NCBI GenBank assembly: GCA_963747025.1
Contig: CAVVDJ010000007.1
Span: 30,616 to 94,615 of the forward strand
DNA: 64,000 bases
Direction: 5' to 3'
Source of the DNA: an uncultured beta proteobacterium
GTDB taxonomy: Bacteria; Pseudomonadota; Gammaproteobacteria; Burkholderiales; SHXO01
Under the pieces are notes generated by a model, which saw nothing but the letters and a program-made list of their open reading frames with translations, was not told the origin of the DNA and did no database searches. The translations under genes were made by a program, and so were the position numbers. The stretch's first letter is position 1. Each line of letters begins with the position of its first letter. Below, piece after piece: positions 58,665-64,000 of this stretch.

Positions 58665-59911
58665 CTACGCGCGACGCGCGACAAGCACTGCGTTGGACCC
58701 GCCAAACGCGAAGGAGTTGGAAAGCGCGTACTCGACGTCAGGCGCCGGCCTGCCCTTGCACGGCACGCAATCGAGGTCGCACTCCGGGTCCGGCATGGTT
58801 AAGTTCGCCGTTGGAGGAATACGTTGCTTCTTGAGCGCCATGAGGGTAATCGCGAATTCGAGCGCTCCCGCCGCGCCGACCAGATGCCCGTGCATGGATT
58901 TCGTCGCGCTCACCGCAAGACGGCGTGCGTGCTCGCCGAACGCCTCCTTGAGCGCATCGATCTCGATCTTGTCCCCTGCGGGCGTCGCCGTCGCGTGCGC
59001 GTTGACGTAGCCGATCGCCTCCCGCTCGAGCCCGGCGTCTGCAAGCGCCGCGCGCATCGCACGCACTTGGCCACCAACAGCGGGCTGCGTGAGATTGTGC
59101 CCGTCGCTCGACGCACCGAAGCCGACGATCTCGGCAATGGGCTGACCTCCGCGGGCGCGCACCGCATCCGCCGTTTCGAGCACCAAAGTGGCGGAACCCT
59201 CTCCTAATACGAAGCCGGTACGGTCTTTCGCGAACGGACGGCTCGACGCCGCCGGCCCGTCTGGATGCTCTTTCGCGAGCACGCCCAGTGCCTCCCAGGC
59301 CACAATCGTTCCGTCGTTCACCATCGACTCGGCGCCACCCGCCAGCGCGCAATCCAGGTAGCCATCGCGGATCGCACGAAAGGCTTCGCCGATGGCAACG
59401 GCGGATGACGAGCAGGCGATCGAGTAGGTGAGGGAAGGGCCGAGCATCCCAAAGCGCATCGAGATATGGCTGGCCGGCGCGTTCGCCATGATGAGAGGAA
59501 CGGAGGTCGGCTTGACCTTGCGGCTATGGCGCTGATAGTAGATACGGTAAGCGTCCTGGATCGCGTTTGCGCCTCCCAGTCCACAGCCCATGTAGATGCC
59601 GGCAGTGGCGGGACCTCGGTCCTCCGCGAGCAGATTCGCCGCCGACAGCGCACGCTGGGCAGCTATCACGGCTATCTGGGCGACCCTGTCCATGACGAAC
59701 AGTTGCCCTTTCGGAATCACTCCAGAAGGATCGAACTCGACCGGCGCAAGAAGTACGTCGACGCTGGATTCCTCGGACCCACTGCGAACTTTGCGGATCG
59801 CCGACTCCCCCGCGTATAGCCGCTCAAACACGTGATCGGCGTCGCCGCCATGCGGCGAAACCAATCCGATGCCGGTGACGAAAACGCGACGTCGGCCAGC
59901 AGCGGTCGTAT
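58665..59911 (-). CDS. beta-ketoacyl-ACP synthase (FabF/FabB family); start codon probably lost to an indel
   Basis: RRVFVTGIG upstream of the called start, ACSSS, NAHATAT, KSMHGH, SNSFAFGG: complete Cys-His-His triad. Confidence 0.92.
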
Positions 59912-60150
59912 CAAGCTCCTTTGGCCTGGACCAGCTCGTCGACGAGTGCAGCCCCCTCCCCCAGCGTCGTAAAGTTCGCTCGCTCGTCGGGGATGTCGAT
60001 GCCGTACTTGTCCGCCACGTCGAACATCAGCTCGGCGATCGAGAGCGAATCAAGCCCGAGCTCTGCGAGCTTCGCGTCGGGGCTGATTACCTCCGGCTTC
60101 ACGTCGTGCTTGTCGACGAGCAGTTGCTTGATGTAGTCGTACGAACTCAT
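59911..60150 (-). CDS. acyl carrier protein
   Basis: 79 aa, acidic, LGLDSL phosphopantetheine site. Confidence 0.9.
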   Translation of the reverse strand: MSSYDYIKQLLVDKHDVKPEVISPDAKLAELGLDSLSIAELMFDVADKYGIDIPDERANFTTLGEGAALVDELVQAKGA

Positions 60151-60345
60151 GGTGCGGACCCGTTGGTGGCTTGCAGCTAGGAAGGTGCAAATATACCATG
60201 GCAGTCGTGTGACGGCGGCTTGTGCCTGGCCCGAGTAGCGGTGCCTGGCTGGCCCAAGGTTGCCGGCACCTTCAGACCAGACTTGCCGTTCATACACCTG
60301 GGCGGCCGGCAGCTCCCAACGCTTGCACTCCATCCGGCGCGTTCG

Positions 60346-61200
60346 ATGCATCTACTGTTCCGAATGATCGCTGCTCTTCCGTTGCGCATTGTGCAGGCGC
60401 TGGGCGTAACGCTAGCGCGCGTGGCCTTCGCCCTGTCGACACGCGAGCGGAACAGGCTGGATCAGAACCTGCGGCATGCAGGCTACGACGATCCGGGGCT
60501 CCGGGGCGCCGCAATTGCCGAGGCAGGCAAGACACTCCTGGAAATGCCTTGGCTCTGGACGCGGCCCCAGACGGAGGTCGTCAACCTCGTGCAGGACCTG
60601 GTGGCGGACGCCTCCGTCTGCGAGGCGATAGCACAAGGCAAGGGCATCATCTACCTCACGCCGCATCTGGGCTCCTTCGAAGTCGCCGCCCAATATGCCG
60701 CTTCTCTCGGGCCGATCACGGCGATGTACCGTCCGCCAAGGCAAAGTGGACTGGAGCCCTTCATCCGAGCGGGGCGCGCGCGGGGCGATGTCCGGCTGGC
60801 GACGGCGGACATGCAGGGCGTGTTCACCTTGCTGCGCGCGCTTCGCAACGGCGAAACGGTCGGCATCCTTCCAGACCAGGTTCCGAGCAAGGGCGAAGGA
60901 GAGTGGACCGAGTTCTTTGGTCGTCCCGCCTACACCATGACACTGACGCACCGGCTGCAGAAAAGCACTGACGCCACTGTGGTTCTTGTGTTCTGTGAGC
61001 GCTTGCCCCGGGGGACTGGCTACAAGATTCATCTGGCATCGCTGCCGCCGCCGGTTCCGGGGGAATCCCCAACGCGCCAGCTCAACCGCGGACTCGAGGA
61101 GCTGATTCGGAGATGCCCCGCACAATACCTGTGGTCGTACAACCGCTACAAAGTCCCCGCAGGTGTTGCGCCCGCGGAACCCGTCCCAGGAACGGAATAG
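60346..61200 (+). CDS. lipid A biosynthesis-type (LpxL/HtrB family) acyltransferase
   Basis: TPHLGSFE, ILPDQ, FFGRPA, PAQYLWSYNRYK. Confidence 0.9.
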   Translation: MHLLFRMIAALPLRIVQALGVTLARVAFALSTRERNRLDQNLRHAGYDDPGLRGAAIAEAGKTLLEMPWLWTRPQTEVVNLVQDLVADASVCEAIAQGKGIIYLTPHLGSFEVAAQYAASLGPITAMYRPPRQSGLEPFIRAGRARGDVRLATADMQGVFTLLRALRNGETVGILPDQVPSKGEGEWTEFFGRPAYTMTLTHRLQKSTDATVVLVFCERLPRGTGYKIHLASLPPPVPGESPTRQLNRGLEELIRRCPAQYLWSYNRYKVPAGVAPAEPVPGTE

Positions 61201-61268
61201 GCACTCTCGCCAGTCCCGGTGTTAGATTTCGGCTTCGCAGGATCGACACACACGATAGGGGGTGAAGA

Positions 61269-62727
61269 ATGCCGGATCAGGACTCTTTTCAGTCAGCCAA
61301 GACGCTGGCTGCAGCGCATCCGCAAAGGTAAGATTACCAGCCAACGGCTGCTCGAGCTCTACGTTGCACGGATGGAGAAGTACAACCCGCGACTAAATGC
61401 CATCGTCGTTACCGATCTGGATAGCGCACGCAAACGCGCGCGCGCGGCGGACAGAGCGCTGGCCAAAGGTGAGGTATGGGGTCCTTTGCACGGATTGCCC
61501 ATGACCATCAAGGAGTCCTTCGACGTGGTTGGCATGCCGACGACATGGGGACTCCCCGACTTGAAGGACAACTTCCCGACGCGCAACGCTCTCGCAGTCG
61601 ATCGGCTGCTCAGCGCCGGTGCCGTTCTGTTCGGAAAGACCAACGTGCCCACGATGCTCGCGGATTGGCAGACATTCAACGATGTGTACGGGACGACCAA
61701 CAACCCGTGGGATCCGAGCAGAGTGCCTGGCGGCTCATCCGGAGGTGCGGCGGCAGCCGTCGCAGCGGGACTGACGGGACTAGAAATCGGAAGCGACATC
61801 GGTGCGTCGATTCGCGACCCCGCTCACTATTGCGGGCTGTACGGTCACAAGCCCAGCTTTGGAGTCTGCGCCACCAATGGGCAAGCGCTCCCGGGACGCG
61901 TCGCCGCACAGGACATCACCGTCATTGGGCCGCTTGCGCGTAGCGCGGCCGACCTGGAAATCGCGCTCAAAGTTATCGGCGGTCCGGACGAGATCGATGC
62001 GCGCGGCTGGCAGCTTGCGTTGCCTGCTGCAAAGAAGAAATCGCTGCGTGAGTTCAAGGTCGCGGTCATGCTGAGCGCCGAGACGGCGGAAGTCGATCAC
62101 AGCGTGCAGGATCGCATTCAGGCGATCGCCGAATTTCTCGCGAGACACAAAGTTAAGGTTAGCGATATCGCCAGGCCGGACATCGACACTGCCGAAGCGC
62201 ACTATGTCTTCATTCAGCTCGTGCGCGCAGCGACTAGCCGTGGACAAACCGACGAAGTGTTCGCCCGAAATCTAGCGGCGACCGGCAATCTCTCTGCGGA
62301 CGATCAGAGCTACCGCGCCTGGATGCTGAAGGGCAACACGATGTTCCATCGCGACTGGCTGCAATGGAACGAGCTGCGTCATCGCATGCGGCTCAAATGG
62401 GATGCGTTTTTCCAGCAATATGATCTGCTACTGTGCCCGGCCGGCGCGACAGCGGCATTTCCGCACAATCAGAAAGGGGAGCGTTGGGAACGCATGGTCA
62501 CGGTCAACGGGAAGCCGCAACCTTCGACGACGCAGATGTTCTGGGCGGGATTCTCGGGGATGGCCTATCTGCCTTCGACAGTTGCGCCGGCCGGACTTAC
62601 ATCAGAACAACTGCCGGTGGGTGTGCAGATCGTGGGGCCGCAATACAGCGATTTAACCTGCATCCGCTTCGCGCAATTGCTCGAACGGGAGTATCAGGGG
62701 TTTGTGGCACCGCCGGGATATGAGTGA
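61269..62727 (+). CDS. amidase (amidase signature family); N-terminal indel
   Basis: LHGLPMTIKE, GKTNVP, GGSSGG, GSDIGASIR, PVGVQIVG. Confidence 0.92.
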
Positions 62728-62822
62728 TGTGCGCAGTGAACGGTGGTGCCGCTACCTAATCTCAAGGACCGCGCAACGCGCGTGAGGACGCATGTAGACA
62801 GTTCTTCCTCCGGCCTACATTC

Positions 62823-62843
62823 GTCCTGACGATGACCTACTTT
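62823..62843 (-). repeat. 21-bp direct-repeat copy of the 5S rRNA 3' end
   Basis: gtcctgacgatgacctacttt is identical at 62823-62843 and 63024-63044. Confidence 0.85.
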
Positions 62844-62973
62844 GGCTGCGGCCGGACTGCGTCCTTAACTTGGCCGAGGCCAAGTTAGCCTGCGCCTCAG
62901 CCGGCTTTCATGCTGCGCATGCGCGCACGGCTGCACGCTGTGTTCCGCGTGAAACGGTCGTCGTCGGCACTCT

Positions 62974-63013
62974 ACAAAGCAAAACGCCCCGAGCTTTTGG
63001 CCTAGGGCGTTTT
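62974..63013 (-). terminator. intrinsic terminator of the rRNA operon
   Basis: aaaacgccc...gggcgtttt stem immediately downstream of 5S, followed by ttttgcttt on the minus strand. Confidence 0.7.
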
Positions 63014-63024
63014 CCTTTGTAGGG

Positions 63025-63140
63025 TCCTGACGATGACCTACTTTCACGCGGTATACCCCGCACTATCATCGGCGCGACTGCGTTTCACGGTCCTGTTCGG
63101 GATGGGAAGGCGTGGGCCCACAGCGCTATGTTCGTCAGGA
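63025..63140 (-). rRNA. rrf: 5S rRNA
   Basis: Reverse complement of 5S (cctgacgatgacctactttcac..actatcatcggc..tttcacggtcctgttcgggatgggaagg..gtcagg), about 115 nt, paired ends. Confidence 0.97.
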
Positions 63141-63141
63141 A

Positions 63142-63292
63142 TTCAGAAGACAGAAGTCAGAGGACAGAGGACAGCAACGGCCACCTCGCCTATGACCCGA
63201 TTCGGAAGAAGTAATTTGGGTTCGACGATTTACCAAGCCGTCAGGCTCTAGAGGCTTTTCTGACTTCTGTCCTCTGTCCTCTGACTTCTGAA
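63142..63292. repeat. inverted repeat built from heptamer tandem repeats in the 23S-5S spacer
   Basis: cagaagtcagaggacagaggacag (63151-63174) is the exact reverse complement of 63267-63290; units CAGA(A/G)G(A/T). Confidence 0.85.
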
Positions 63293-63311
63293 CCTTGGGC
63301 GCAACGCCCAA

Positions 63312-64000
<689 letters not shown>

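Noticed and set aside
63142-63292. CRISPR array
   Set aside because: These are 7-nt tandem units in inverted arrangement with no spacers, and there are no cas genes in the window.

Overview
GC-rich bacterial chromosomal window, probably a Betaproteobacterium (judged from the 23S/5S rRNA ends and gene content). About 20 otherwise intact genes, including aspA, prk and xylB, are split by single-base indels, which looks like uncorrected long-read error rather than pseudogenisation. 1-40.6 kb is mostly metabolic and envelope genes: leuA with a Leu-rich leader peptide, LemA/DUF2207/amidase, an HxlR regulator with twin operators, aspA, a Frc-type sugar ABC transporter with xylB, a GGDEF-EAL protein, a cyclase/thiolase-fold/DUF35/CoA-ligase cluster, a SWIB protein, msrA, dtd, prk and DUF748. 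The most interesting part is a co-oriented signalling region at about 41.1-58.6 kb. In order it encodes a pseudo-REC/LuxR-HTH/cNMP-binding regulator, a CHASE2 class III nucleotidyl cyclase, a FecR-TPR-beta-barrel receptor, a small exported protein with a hidden Cys-rich tail, an atypical S8 subtilase, and a translationally coupled trio (SAM methyltransferase; pseudokinase-AAA-GAF-cyclase; FAD desaturase-like enzyme). Both cyclases lack the adenine-selecting Lys, suggesting a cGMP or other non-cAMP circuit. The window ends with KS/ACP, an LpxL-like acyltransferase, an amidase and the 3' end of a minus-strand rRNA operon, with a duplicated 5S 3' end and a heptamer-based inverted repeat in the 23S-5S spacer. 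All calls come from motif recognition by eye; no searches were run.
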